From an uncultured bacterium (GTDB lineage Bacteria; Planctomycetota; UBA1135; UBA2386): DNA of 64,000 bases. Of this stretch, positions 53,652-62,478 are shown one piece after another. The stretch's first letter is position 1, and every line of letters begins with the position of its first letter. Both the position numbers and the translations under genes were made by a program. Under the pieces are notes generated by a model. The model worked only from the letters and a program-made list of their open reading frames with translations, ran no database searches and was not told where the DNA came from. The stretch is taken from NCBI GenBank assembly GCA_937906475.1, contig CALCZA010000114.1:16024-80023 (forward strand), given 5' to 3'.

Positions 53652-55252
53652 CGCGAGCCCTCCGTGGGCTGCGGGGTGATGGCCGTCACGCGCATGCGTT
53701 GCACTCGACGTTCATCCCCGTCCAGCACTTCGAACTCGACGTCATCGACAATGATCGATTCGCCGATGGCCGGAATGCGATTGCACGAATCGATGACGAG
53801 CCCGGCGACGGTGTCCCAATCGCCATCGTCAGAAAGTTGCGAGCCCAGCAGTCGGTTGATGTCGGTGACTGATGTGCGGGCGGGGATCTCCAACACGCGA
53901 CCTGTTTCGACGACGCGGATCTGATCGCCGTTCTGCTCGTCGGGTTGCGGATCGTATTCGTCCTCGATCTCGCCGACGATTTCTTCGACGAGGTCTTCGA
54001 CGGTCGCGAGACCAATCGTGGTGCCGTACTCATCAAGCACGATCGCCATGTGTTGATTGCCCGCTTGCACGCGGTTGAGCAGTTGCGCAACGCTAGTTGT
54101 TTCGGGCACGAACATCGGGTCGCGCAGGAGCGAACTGATGGGGGTGTCGTCGAGCTTCTCTGGATTCTGCTGCATCATGCGCAGAGCGTCTTTGACGTAG
54201 AAGATGCCGATGACTTCATCGAGTCGCTCGCGATACACCGGGTAGCGCGAGAACTCGTGTTCGAGCGCCTGGTCGACGGCTTCGCGCAGCGTCATGTTTT
54301 CGCTTAGCGCGGTGATATCTGGGCGTGGCGTCATCACGGTCGATACTTGGTGATCTTTCAGCGCGAGGATGTTGCCAATCCACGTGCGTTCCGAATCGAC
54401 CAGTTCGTCTTCGTCGACATTGTCGGCGACCGCGGCCATGACCTGCTTTTGCAACTCGGCAGGGTCGTCGGTTTCGATGCGTTGCAAGCGCAGTGCACGC
54501 ATCGCCAACTTGGTCGTGCCATAGAGCGGCTTGACCACTGGCCAACGCAGCACATGCCAACCGGTCCGTAGTAGTGGCAGCAACGACAGGATCGTGGCCT
54601 CGGAACGAGCGGCGGCGAGAGCACCTGGCAAGCTGCCGGTGCCGAATAACATCATCGCGGCCCATAATCCGAGGGCCCATGGATAGGCCGGTGGATCGAA
54701 AGCCTCGCCCAGCGCGAGCATGCCGAAGACCCAGCCGGCACCGGCGAGGATGATCGCCACGACGAAGTACTCATGGTCGCGTGCGGCCAGTTCTTGGCGC
54801 AACTTGTCGGCGTCCTTGTGGTTGCGGTCGCCTAGCAGTTGGCCAAGCAGAGTCGGCGAGTAGCCGATCATGCTGGCTGCGGCGATGGCGCCATAGCTGC
54901 CGAGCACGCCCGCGGCCACCGCGAGGATCACGTATGGCAGAGTGGTCGAATCCATTCCTGAGTTGCTGACCAGGATGTCTTGCAGGACCGAGTCCGCGCC
55001 TGGCATCACCACGCCCGAAATCTCAGCAGCTGGAATACCAGCGGGTACAGCCATTGGCGCAAGCGGTAGCAGAGCTAGCGCGGCGACATGTCCTTTTCCT
55101 TTGGGCTCGCGAGCTGGCCTAGGGCGGCTCGCTCGCGGCGACGGAGGTTCGGGTTCCTCGGCGCATCCGTCGGCGGCGGGTGCCGCTGCGGGGCCGAGAT
55201 CTGAAGTTGTGCTTGGCACTGGTTCCAACATCATACGTTCGGTAGGCGTCAT
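53648..55252 (-). CDS. CNNM/DUF21-CBS-CorC_HlyC family (hemolysin-like / Mg2+-Co2+ efflux type) membrane protein
   Basis: A hydrophobic N-terminal half is followed by a CBS pair (VSTVMTPRPDI, FSRYPVY, PMFVPETT) and MAIVLDEYGTTIGLATVEDLVEEIVGEIEDE. A CorC-type C-terminal domain follows. The first approximately 80 aa are a Pro/Ala-rich extension. Confidence 0.8.
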   Translation of the reverse strand: MTPTERMMLEPVPSTTSDLGPAAAPAADGCAEEPEPPSPRASRPRPAREPKGKGHVAALALLPLAPMAVPAGIPAAEISGVVMPGADSVLQDILVSNSGMDSTTLPYVILAVAAGVLGSYGAIAAASMIGYSPTLLGQLLGDRNHKDADKLRQELAARDHEYFVVAIILAGAGWVFGMLALGEAFDPPAYPWALGLWAAMMLFGTGSLPGALAAARSEATILSLLPLLRTGWHVLRWPVVKPLYGTTKLAMRALRLQRIETDDPAELQKQVMAAVADNVDEDELVDSERTWIGNILALKDHQVSTVMTPRPDITALSENMTLREAVDQALEHEFSRYPVYRERLDEVIGIFYVKDALRMMQQNPEKLDDTPISSLLRDPMFVPETTSVAQLLNRVQAGNQHMAIVLDEYGTTIGLATVEDLVEEIVGEIEDEYDPQPDEQNGDQIRVVETGRVLEIPARTSVTDINRLLGSQLSDDGDWDTVAGLVIDSCNRIPAIGESIIVDDVEFEVLDGDERRVQRMRVTAITPQPTEGSR

Positions 55253-55282
55253 GTGGTCGCCTTTCCTCTCGGGCCGGAAGCT

Positions 55283-57376
55283 CTACGAATCCTTCGATAC
55301 GATGGGGGATTGAGGGTTAGCAGGGCCGGACTGACGGGGTAACTGCTGGCCCAGTTCGTCGTCGCTCTGGTCATTGCCGGCGGGCGTATCTCCCGTGGGG
55401 GACGCTGCCTCGGCGGATTCAGGGGCGGTTTCGGTCGTTGCTTGCGGAGCACCCGCACGGGCAGGATTTTCGGCGGGAATCTGCTTGGTAGTGAGCAGCA
55501 CGGCCGCCGTGTCTTGGTCTTCGCTGGGGGCCATGTCGCCATCATCAACGTCGACGTCGGCCGAGAAGCGGTTGCGCCCGTAACCCTTGCTTGCGTAGAG
55601 CGCGTGGTCGGCGCGGATTAGTATCGACTCCATGGTATCGCCTTTGCGGTGGCTGGTCAGGCCGATCGAGATGGTGATCGGCAGATTGAGTTCTTCCCCA
55701 CGCGTATGCACGGCGGTGAACATCCGGGCCGCAAGCACTGTGGCCTCGTCCGGTGTCGTGTCCGGCAGAACGATCAGGAACTCTTCGCCGCCATAGCGAC
55801 AGACTGTGTCGGTCTTGCGCACCGAGTGGCGTAGCACATCGGCGGTTGCGCGCAGTGCTGAGTCGCCACAGACGTGGCCGTAGGCGTCGTTGAGGCGCTT
55901 GAAGTGGTCTAGGTCGCACATCAAGATCGTTAGTGGGCGGTCGTTACGCCCGGTGCGCGCGACGGCTTGTCCCAGGGCGTGCATACCCATGCGCCGGTTG
56001 AACAACCGCGTCAGCGGGTCGGTCAGGGCAAACTTCTGGGCGCGTTGGCCGCGGCGACGAAGCAGCAGGTTCTGAATCAGCAACGAACCGGTCATGCCGA
56101 GCATGGTCGCCATGGTCATGTCGGACGATGCGGTGATCGGCCTCAGCGAGACGGAGCGATCGAGCAGCAAGAACGCCGGCGTTTCAAACTCGCAGTTGAG
56201 CGGGATCACGAGCAGCTCGTCGGTCGACAGTAGGCCGAGCAAGCCATTGGTGCTGCTTGCTCCCGTCGCGAGGTGTCTGGGGCTTCGCGTCTGCTGCGCG
56301 CTGCGCAGGATTTCGGCCTCCTTGTTGGCTACTTGCAAGCGCGTGCGCACCATGCGCCGAGCTGACGAGTCCGCCTTGGAACGCAGCGTCAAAGTAGCGC
56401 TTTCGTCGTGCCACTTGGCGTAGAACGCGCGGTCGTAGTTGCCGTAACGCACCGAGGCCGCGGTCAGGAGAGTGATGATACCGCGGTAGCTTTCTGGTCG
56501 CGTGCATCCGAGGATGCTGGCACAAACCTGGTCGATGTTGCTGGGCGTGTAGTCGGAGGTCGTGCCTTCGTCAGTGGTGACTAGCTCGTTCTTACGCACT
56601 ATTTGATCAAAGCCGAAGGCTTGCAGGGACTCGGTCACCTTGCGACCGAGTTCTGCTGCGACGACCAGTTCTGATTGATCGATGGCCAGCGCGTCTTGTA
56701 GCGACAGGCCTGAATCGGATTCGGCGTGGTTGTAGCCGGCGAGTTTTGCGAGTTTCTCCGCAGCGAGGATTAGTCCTGCTGGATCGCCCGGGTTCTCGGT
56801 CGACGTCGGCTTGTCGCGCATGCCGATGGCCAGCATCAGCGACACGAACGGTGCCGGTAGTTGCCAGTTGAGGATCCAGTCGTTCGGTTGGAAAGCGGTG
56901 GTCGCGGGCCCCGGGTCGATGCGATTGAGGCGACGCAGCCATTCGGGCAGGTCGTGCAGAAGGCCGACGAGGTAGGCGACCTCAGGCTCGAGCAACCCGG
57001 TGCGAGCCGCCAGTTCTTCTGCTGCGTGGGCAGTGGCGATGGCGTGGTGCCACAGTTGCTTTAGTTGGTCGCATTGCGCGGCCTCCATGGAGGGCTGCAG
57101 GAACAACTTCTTACTGAGCGTCGGGCCAAGGTTGCGAACGATACCGCGTACGGTTGGCAGTGCGTTGGTCTGGCGGAACACGGCCGTGCTCGCGGCGCGT
57201 AGGCCCCGCACAACTGTCAGCGGGTCGATCTTCAGAAGCGCCACGAGTTCGTCTTCGCCGATCACCTGCTCGCGCATCACGCGCCCGAGGTGTTGCTGTA
57301 AGCCCGGCATCGCTAACACCGAAGGGAGTTGGCGTAGCGGGTTGTGTGCGCGATTGAACGAAGTAGTGCTGGTCAC
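55283..57376 (-). CDS. HDOD domain / GGDEF diguanylate cyclase
   Basis: ORF 55283..57592, with a probable start at GTG 57376. HDOD domain: LPSVLAMPGLQQHL..IDPLTVVRGLRAAST..LGPTL..GLLHDLPEW. GGDEF domain: DPLTRLFNRR, LMCDLDHFKRLND, RKTD-TVCRY-GGEEFLIV (I-site plus active GGEEF). Confidence 0.85.
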   Translation of the reverse strand: MTSTTSFNRAHNPLRQLPSVLAMPGLQQHLGRVMREQVIGEDELVALLKIDPLTVVRGLRAASTAVFRQTNALPTVRGIVRNLGPTLSKKLFLQPSMEAAQCDQLKQLWHHAIATAHAAEELAARTGLLEPEVAYLVGLLHDLPEWLRRLNRIDPGPATTAFQPNDWILNWQLPAPFVSLMLAIGMRDKPTSTENPGDPAGLILAAEKLAKLAGYNHAESDSGLSLQDALAIDQSELVVAAELGRKVTESLQAFGFDQIVRKNELVTTDEGTTSDYTPSNIDQVCASILGCTRPESYRGIITLLTAASVRYGNYDRAFYAKWHDESATLTLRSKADSSARRMVRTRLQVANKEAEILRSAQQTRSPRHLATGASSTNGLLGLLSTDELLVIPLNCEFETPAFLLLDRSVSLRPITASSDMTMATMLGMTGSLLIQNLLLRRRGQRAQKFALTDPLTRLFNRRMGMHALGQAVARTGRNDRPLTILMCDLDHFKRLNDAYGHVCGDSALRATADVLRHSVRKTDTVCRYGGEEFLIVLPDTTPDEATVLAARMFTAVHTRGEELNLPITISIGLTSHRKGDTMESILIRADHALYASKGYGRNRFSADVDVDDGDMAPSEDQDTAAVLLTTKQIPAENPARAGAPQATTETAPESAEAASPTGDTPAGNDQSDDELGQQLPRQSGPANPQSPIVSKDS

Positions 57377-57571
57377 GTCTGGCCTACGTCCTTGTTCGGC
57401 ACCGCACGTGACTCCGCTCAAGTTCGATCCGGCGAAACCGTATCCCGTGCCGGGTAGGGTCTTTGGGAAACAGAACAAGTTGGTGAGCGACACATGCTTA
57501 AGGGAGATACGCGAGGCTTCTGGGACGTTTTTGCGACGCCTTGGCCCGCCCTTCGCAAGGGGACAGTCGCC

Positions 57572-58405
57572 ATGACCTGCAACCCCTCGCATATGGCTAG
57601 TTGCTCAGTAGCGTTCTCTGAGCGTGAGCGAAACCGCTCACAACTGATCTCTCTCCTTGAGAAGCTCGGTTGTGACGGCCCGCTCGATAGTGCCGACTCA
57701 GCTACCGCTGATGCCGCACTGGCGACAGCCTTAATGGATTCGTTCCGAAAGACCCGCGACCCCGAGGCCTACGACGGTCTCGTTCGTTGGACTGGCCCAC
57801 AACTGCGTGCTCGCGTTCGCTCTCGGCTGCGATCACTCGGCACGAGGCTGGACCCCAATGAGGTATGGCAGGACACGATCGTCAATATCTACCGATATCC
57901 CGATCGCTTCCTAGCTTCGCGACCTGGTGCCTTTGCCGCGTGGTCGTCGACCATCGTCGACAACGCGATCCGCAGGCTCCTCCGGCGTAGCAAACTCGAC
58001 CTCGCCATGATTCTGCGCGATCCCGAAACGCTGCAGGAGCAAGCCGACACGTCGATGCGCGAGCCGAGTATGGAAGCACAGAATAACGAAGAGTGCCTGG
58101 CGACTGCTGCGGCGTTCGGAGTTGTGCTGCAAGCCTACTTGATCGCATATGAGCGTCTGAGCGAGCGCGAACGCTTCGTGCTGCAGATGGTTGAGGTGCG
58201 CCGCATGCGTTACGCAGAGCTTGCGCAAGTCCTCGTCATCCGGCCAGAGGCGCTGAAGATGGTTGTGTTCCGTGCTCGCAAGCGCATCCACGAACAACTT
58301 GGCCTCCTGTTGTCCGGCGCATCGACCACGGTCGCTCGCAAGCCGATTCACGGCGGTGCTCGGTCGCGAGTGCAGAGCATTGCTTCGGCGTCGGCCGTTG
58401 CCTGA
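57572..58405 (+). CDS. ECF-type sigma-70 family RNA polymerase sigma factor
   Basis: ORF 57494..58405, with ATG 57572. The region-2-like segment is EVWQDTIVNIYRY. The region-4 HTH is LSERERFVLQMVEVRRMRYAELAQVLVIRPEALKMVVFRARKRI. Confidence 0.75.
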   Translation: MTCNPSHMASCSVAFSERERNRSQLISLLEKLGCDGPLDSADSATADAALATALMDSFRKTRDPEAYDGLVRWTGPQLRARVRSRLRSLGTRLDPNEVWQDTIVNIYRYPDRFLASRPGAFAAWSSTIVDNAIRRLLRRSKLDLAMILRDPETLQEQADTSMREPSMEAQNNEECLATAAAFGVVLQAYLIAYERLSERERFVLQMVEVRRMRYAELAQVLVIRPEALKMVVFRARKRIHEQLGLLLSGASTTVARKPIHGGARSRVQSIASASAVA

Positions 58406-58536
58406 TGCGTCGCTAGCACCCGAGTAAGTGGGTTGGTTGGTTTAGTGCTCAGTTGTGTGCGTGGGAATTTTCGAAGGGCATACCGGTAACGGTTTCGAAG
58501 CTTGCAACCCTGCGGCAGCGGTAGATCCTTCAATGC

Positions 58537-59862
58537 ATGCAAGAGACTGTCGACCGTCTGTTCGTGCATTGCCGAGAACTCGTGACGCTCACCGATGGCG
58601 AGGCGACAGGTCCGCGTCGCGGCGATGCGATGCGCAAGTTGGGTGTGATCGAGGACGGCGCCGTCGCGGTTAGGGATGGTCGCATTGTGGCGGTCGGCAC
58701 CACTGCCGACATCCTGCGTGCCTACCGTGCCCCGGAAGAACTCGATCTCGATGGTTTCGTAGTGATGCCTGGTTTCGTTGATTGTCATACGCATCCGGTC
58801 TTCGCCAAGACGCGTGAGCGTGAGTTTCACATGCGCTGCGCGGGCGCGGACTACATGGAGATCGCTAAGGCCGGTGGCGGCATCTTGAGTTCGATGCAGG
58901 CAGTGCGTGAGGCGACGCTTGAGCATCTTGTTGAGACAACCGAGCGGCACCTTTGGCAGTTCCTTGAGCATGGCACGACGACAATTGAAGCGAAGGGTGG
59001 CTATGGCCTGTCGCTGGAGGCCGAACAGAAGAGCATGGAGGCGTTGACGCAAGCGGCTGCGGTTGTTCCGCTCGGTTTGAAGCGCACGTTCCTAGGTGCG
59101 CATGAGTTCCCGCCGGAATACCGCGACAACCGCGACGAGTATGTGCGCATCGTTTGCGAGGAGATGATTCCGGCAGTTGCGCCGATGTCGGACTACTGCG
59201 ATGTCTTTGCGGAACCAGGAGTGTTCACCCGCGAGCAGAGTGAACGGGTGCTGAAGGCGGCGCTGGCGGCTGGCATGCGACTGCGTGTGCATGCCGACGA
59301 GATCAATCCAATGGGGGGCACCGAGATGGCCGTCGCGCTAGGAGCCGATTCAGTGGATCACCTCGGTCAGATCTCGGATGAAGGCATTGCCGCGTTGGCC
59401 AACAGTGACACGGTCGGCGTGTTGTTGCCGGGTACGATCTTCTTCCTAGGCAAGCCCGGCTACGCGCCAGCGCGCAAGATGATCGAAGCTGGTTGCGCGG
59501 TTGCCCTCGCCACGGACTTCAATCCGGGTTCTTCCCATACCCAGTCGATGACCTTGATCCACACGATCGCGTGCACGCAGATGAAGATGAGTCCGGAAGA
59601 GTGCATCACGGCGACGACGATCAATCCGGCTTTTTCGCTGCAGTTGGACCACGAGGTTGGCACGTTGCATCCGGGCAAACGCGCGGACCTATGCGTGCTG
59701 GACATCCCCAGTTGGCAGGGACTTGGCTACTCGTTTGGCGGCAACCCGGTTGCCATGACGATCAAAGACGGTCGTCCGGTGCTCGCCAACGCTGCCGACC
59801 GGCAACCGGATTGGTTCGCCGATGGGGTGGTACTGGATGGCGACGCTGAAAGCGGCGAGTAG
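58537..59862 (+). CDS. hutI: imidazolonepropionase
   Basis: Amidohydrolase metal motif GFVDCHTHPVF, plus VHADE, GADSVDHL, LATDFNPGSS and LQLDHEVGTLHPGKRADL. Confidence 0.88.
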   Translation: MQETVDRLFVHCRELVTLTDGEATGPRRGDAMRKLGVIEDGAVAVRDGRIVAVGTTADILRAYRAPEELDLDGFVVMPGFVDCHTHPVFAKTREREFHMRCAGADYMEIAKAGGGILSSMQAVREATLEHLVETTERHLWQFLEHGTTTIEAKGGYGLSLEAEQKSMEALTQAAAVVPLGLKRTFLGAHEFPPEYRDNRDEYVRIVCEEMIPAVAPMSDYCDVFAEPGVFTREQSERVLKAALAAGMRLRVHADEINPMGGTEMAVALGADSVDHLGQISDEGIAALANSDTVGVLLPGTIFFLGKPGYAPARKMIEAGCAVALATDFNPGSSHTQSMTLIHTIACTQMKMSPEECITATTINPAFSLQLDHEVGTLHPGKRADLCVLDIPSWQGLGYSFGGNPVAMTIKDGRPVLANAADRQPDWFADGVVLDGDAESGE

Positions 59863-59961
59863 GCGTTCGTCAGATGTTGGCCCGGTGATCTGCGCTAGAC
59901 CGTGAAGAGGTCCTGTGCCTGCTACGTAGCCGCTGCGGCAGTCAGAGGAGGCCGGGGCCTT

Positions 59962-60738
59962 CTATTGGCGCTGCGCGACGACGATCAAGCGCTCGCTGTC
60001 ACAGCGGAACACTTCGCCGTCGGGGCCGAACGCTTGCACGTTCGCGAAGCCGGCGTCATGTAGCCAGCTTTTCAGTTCCGTTAGCGGGAACAAGCGCAGT
60101 TGCCACGGGATCATGCGTGTTGGTTGGCCACTACGGGTGATGAAGCGGCGCGCGTGGATGCGTCCGTCGTGTGGGTCGTAGTAGGAACGATCGATCAGGA
60201 AGTGCGTGCCTTCTGCGGTGACGAGTTCCTTCGTGTGAGAGGTCTCGTGCGACTGTAGGTCCTGCTGGTGCAGGTTAATCGTTTCTAGCAGCAGGCGGCC
60301 GCCTGGCACTAGCGCGCGGTGCATGCGCGTGAGTAGCGTGCGAAGTGCTTGGTCGCCTTCGTAGCCAAACGACGTGAACCAGTTGAGCACGACATCGAAC
60401 TCGCCGTCAATCGAGAGCGTGCGCATGTCGCCGCTTTGGTAGTCGACTTCTACGCCATGCTGAGCGGCGTCGCTTCGCGCCGTTTTAAGGAACAGTTCGC
60501 TACGGTCGATGCCGGTGACTGTCGCGCCCATGGCTGCCAGCCGGCGAGCGATGCGGCCGTGCCCACAGGGCAGGTCGAGGATGCGGGTGCCGGACTGCAG
60601 TTGCAGTAGCTCGGCGATCGTGTGCGCTTCGTTGTCGTTGGTTTCGTCGTTGAGTTCGGCGGCGTTGAACTCGAGATAGTCACGATCAAAGAACTCGTCG
60701 AAGGCAAAGCCATCCGTATTGCCATTGTCGTTCGACAT
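59962..60738 (-). CDS. class I SAM-dependent methyltransferase
   Basis: Motif I ILDLPCGHGRIARRLA, with post-I and post-II acidic residues (VTGIDRS, GEFDVVLNWF). Confidence 0.8.
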   Translation of the reverse strand: MSNDNGNTDGFAFDEFFDRDYLEFNAAELNDETNDNEAHTIAELLQLQSGTRILDLPCGHGRIARRLAAMGATVTGIDRSELFLKTARSDAAQHGVEVDYQSGDMRTLSIDGEFDVVLNWFTSFGYEGDQALRTLLTRMHRALVPGGRLLLETINLHQQDLQSHETSHTKELVTAEGTHFLIDRSYYDPHDGRIHARRFITRSGQPTRMIPWQLRLFPLTELKSWLHDAGFANVQAFGPDGEVFRCDSERLIVVAQRQ

Positions 60739-60754
60739 GTTCTGCGTGTCCGGG

Positions 60755-61075
60755 CTACTCGCCGTAGACCGTGACGAACACCTGGGTCCATACCCCGGCG
60801 ATGCTCAATATCGTGCGGTCGGCGTAGTAGATCTTGCTCAGGCCAGCCTTGCGCGCGATGTCGCCGATGCCGTTCGAATCCCATTGCACGTCAACGTAGT
60901 AGCGGAACTCTTTGGTGCTGCCCTTGGACGCAGGGGGATGCACCGGCGTGTTGTTGAAGTTGATGTCGAGCGGCAACGTCACGTGATGGTAGATCGCGCC
61001 CGTTGTGCAACCACTGATTGTGAGTGCGCCGCTGGCGGCGGTCGCCAGCGCGCAGGTTCGGGCGAGCGTGCGCAT
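60755..61075 (-). CDS. small lipoprotein (TRL-like, tentative)
   Basis: Lipobox TISGC. 106 aa, with a C-terminal ..YGE. It resembles the adjacent paralogue. Confidence 0.55.
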   Translation of the reverse strand: MRTLARTCALATAASGALTISGCTTGAIYHHVTLPLDINFNNTPVHPPASKGSTKEFRYYVDVQWDSNGIGDIARKAGLSKIYYADRTILSIAGVWTQVFVTVYGE

Positions 61076-61079
61076 CGAA

Positions 61080-61373
61080 TCAGTTCCCGTAGGCGACTGT
61101 GGTCTGGCGGTAATAGATGCCCCAGAGCACCGAGAAGATCTTCTGGTCAGCGTGCTTCAGCGTCGTGATGCCGCCGTCCGTGGCCGCTGCCTGCGTGCCC
61201 GCATTGCCCCACGAGACGAGTCCGAGCACGCTCTGGAATGACGATTCTCCGGTCTTGTCACCGAGATCGGTGCCCTGGAGGTCTGTATCGAGAGGTATCT
61301 GAATGCTCGTGAGGACGCAGCCTTGCAGGCTCAGGCAAGCGAGGCCGGACAAGCAGAGAAGAACCTTCTTCAT
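61080..61373 (-). CDS. small lipoprotein (TRL-like, tentative)
   Basis: MKKVLLCLSGLACLSLQGC lipobox. 97 aa, with a C-terminal ..YGN. Paralogue of 60755..61075. Confidence 0.55.
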   Translation of the reverse strand: MKKVLLCLSGLACLSLQGCVLTSIQIPLDTDLQGTDLGDKTGESSFQSVLGLVSWGNAGTQAAATDGGITTLKHADQKIFSVLWGIYYRQTTVAYGN

Positions 61374-61474
61374 GCCCTGGATCGTAGCCCGCTAGGCCCA
61401 GCCAACAATACTGGAAGGTCGCGCTTTGCAGCCACAACTGGACACGGTGGGCTTGGCGCGATACCTCAACACGC

Positions 61475-62374
61475 GTGAAACCGCTTCTTGAGTTCGTTCC
61501 CAACTTCTCCAACGGCAAAGATCAAGCCGTTATCGACAGCATCGTGGCCGCAATGACGGCCGTCCCGGGCGTGACCTGCCTCGGTTCCGAACTCGATGGT
61601 AGCCACAATCGTGCCGTGGTCACGTTGGCTGGCCCGGCTGACGCAGTCGCGGAAGCCGCCTTTGTTGGCGCTGGCGCGGCGATGGATACGATCGATTTGC
61701 GCAACCATGTTGGCGAGCACAAGCGCATGGGGGCCATGGATGTCTGCCCGTTCGTGCCGCTCGGCAATGCGACGATGCAGGATGCTGTCGATACCGCACG
61801 CGCCGTCGCGAAGCGCATTGGCGACGAACTGAGTTTGCCGGTGTTCCTCTATGCAGAGGCGTGCCAGCGCGAAGATCGCCGCAAGCTTGGCAACTTCCGG
61901 AACAAGCAGTTCGAAGGCCTGCAAGAGCTAGTTGGAGTCGATGCTGACTACGCGCCGGACTTCGGCCCCGCTAAGATGCACAGCACGGCAGGCGCATTGG
62001 CGGTTGGTGCTCGCACCTTCTTGATCGCCTACAATATTAATCTGGCAACCGAAGACGTGCAGATCGCTAAGGACATCGCCAAGGCGGTGCGTGAGAAGGA
62101 CGGCGGCTTTGCCAAGGTGCAAGGCATGGGTTTCTCGCTTGAAGACAAGCAGCAGTCGCAGGTCAGCATGAACTTGCTCGACTACAACGTGACGTCGATT
62201 CGCACTGTGTTCGACAAGGTCGCCGAACTCGCGGCTGCGAAGGGTGTCGAAGTTGTTGCGAGTGAGTTGATCGGGTTGGCCCCGGCGGCGGCGATCGATG
62301 CCGAACTCGCCGCCCACATCAAGCTGCCGAGCTTTGATGCGAACGAACAGATTGTCGAAGTCAAGTTGGGCTAG
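61475..62374 (+). CDS. ftcD: glutamate formimidoyltransferase (FtcD N-terminal type)
   Basis: GTG start. The N-terminus LLEFVPNFSNGKD (compare the ECVPNFSEGR-type motif), followed by HNRAVVTLAG, GEHKRMGAMDVCPFVP and a length of about 300 aa. Confidence 0.8.
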   Translation: MKPLLEFVPNFSNGKDQAVIDSIVAAMTAVPGVTCLGSELDGSHNRAVVTLAGPADAVAEAAFVGAGAAMDTIDLRNHVGEHKRMGAMDVCPFVPLGNATMQDAVDTARAVAKRIGDELSLPVFLYAEACQREDRRKLGNFRNKQFEGLQELVGVDADYAPDFGPAKMHSTAGALAVGARTFLIAYNINLATEDVQIAKDIAKAVREKDGGFAKVQGMGFSLEDKQQSQVSMNLLDYNVTSIRTVFDKVAELAAAKGVEVVASELIGLAPAAAIDAELAAHIKLPSFDANEQIVEVKLG

Positions 62375-62478
62375 GTTGGACTCGTGCGCGCTCTAACTCG
62401 ATAGCGCGTGGCGAAGTGCTGCGTCTGAGTGGCTTCATTGATCTGCACATGTCCACCTCGGTCGCTAGCAAGCGCCTG

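Noticed and set aside
60868-60884. T-loop-like GTTCGAATCCC string suggesting another tRNA.
   Set aside because: The flanking bases cannot form a 5-bp T stem (C71-C81 clash) or an acceptor stem, and the string lies inside a well-supported lipoprotein CDS. The similar GGTTCGAGTC at about 27508 is inside the permease CDS.
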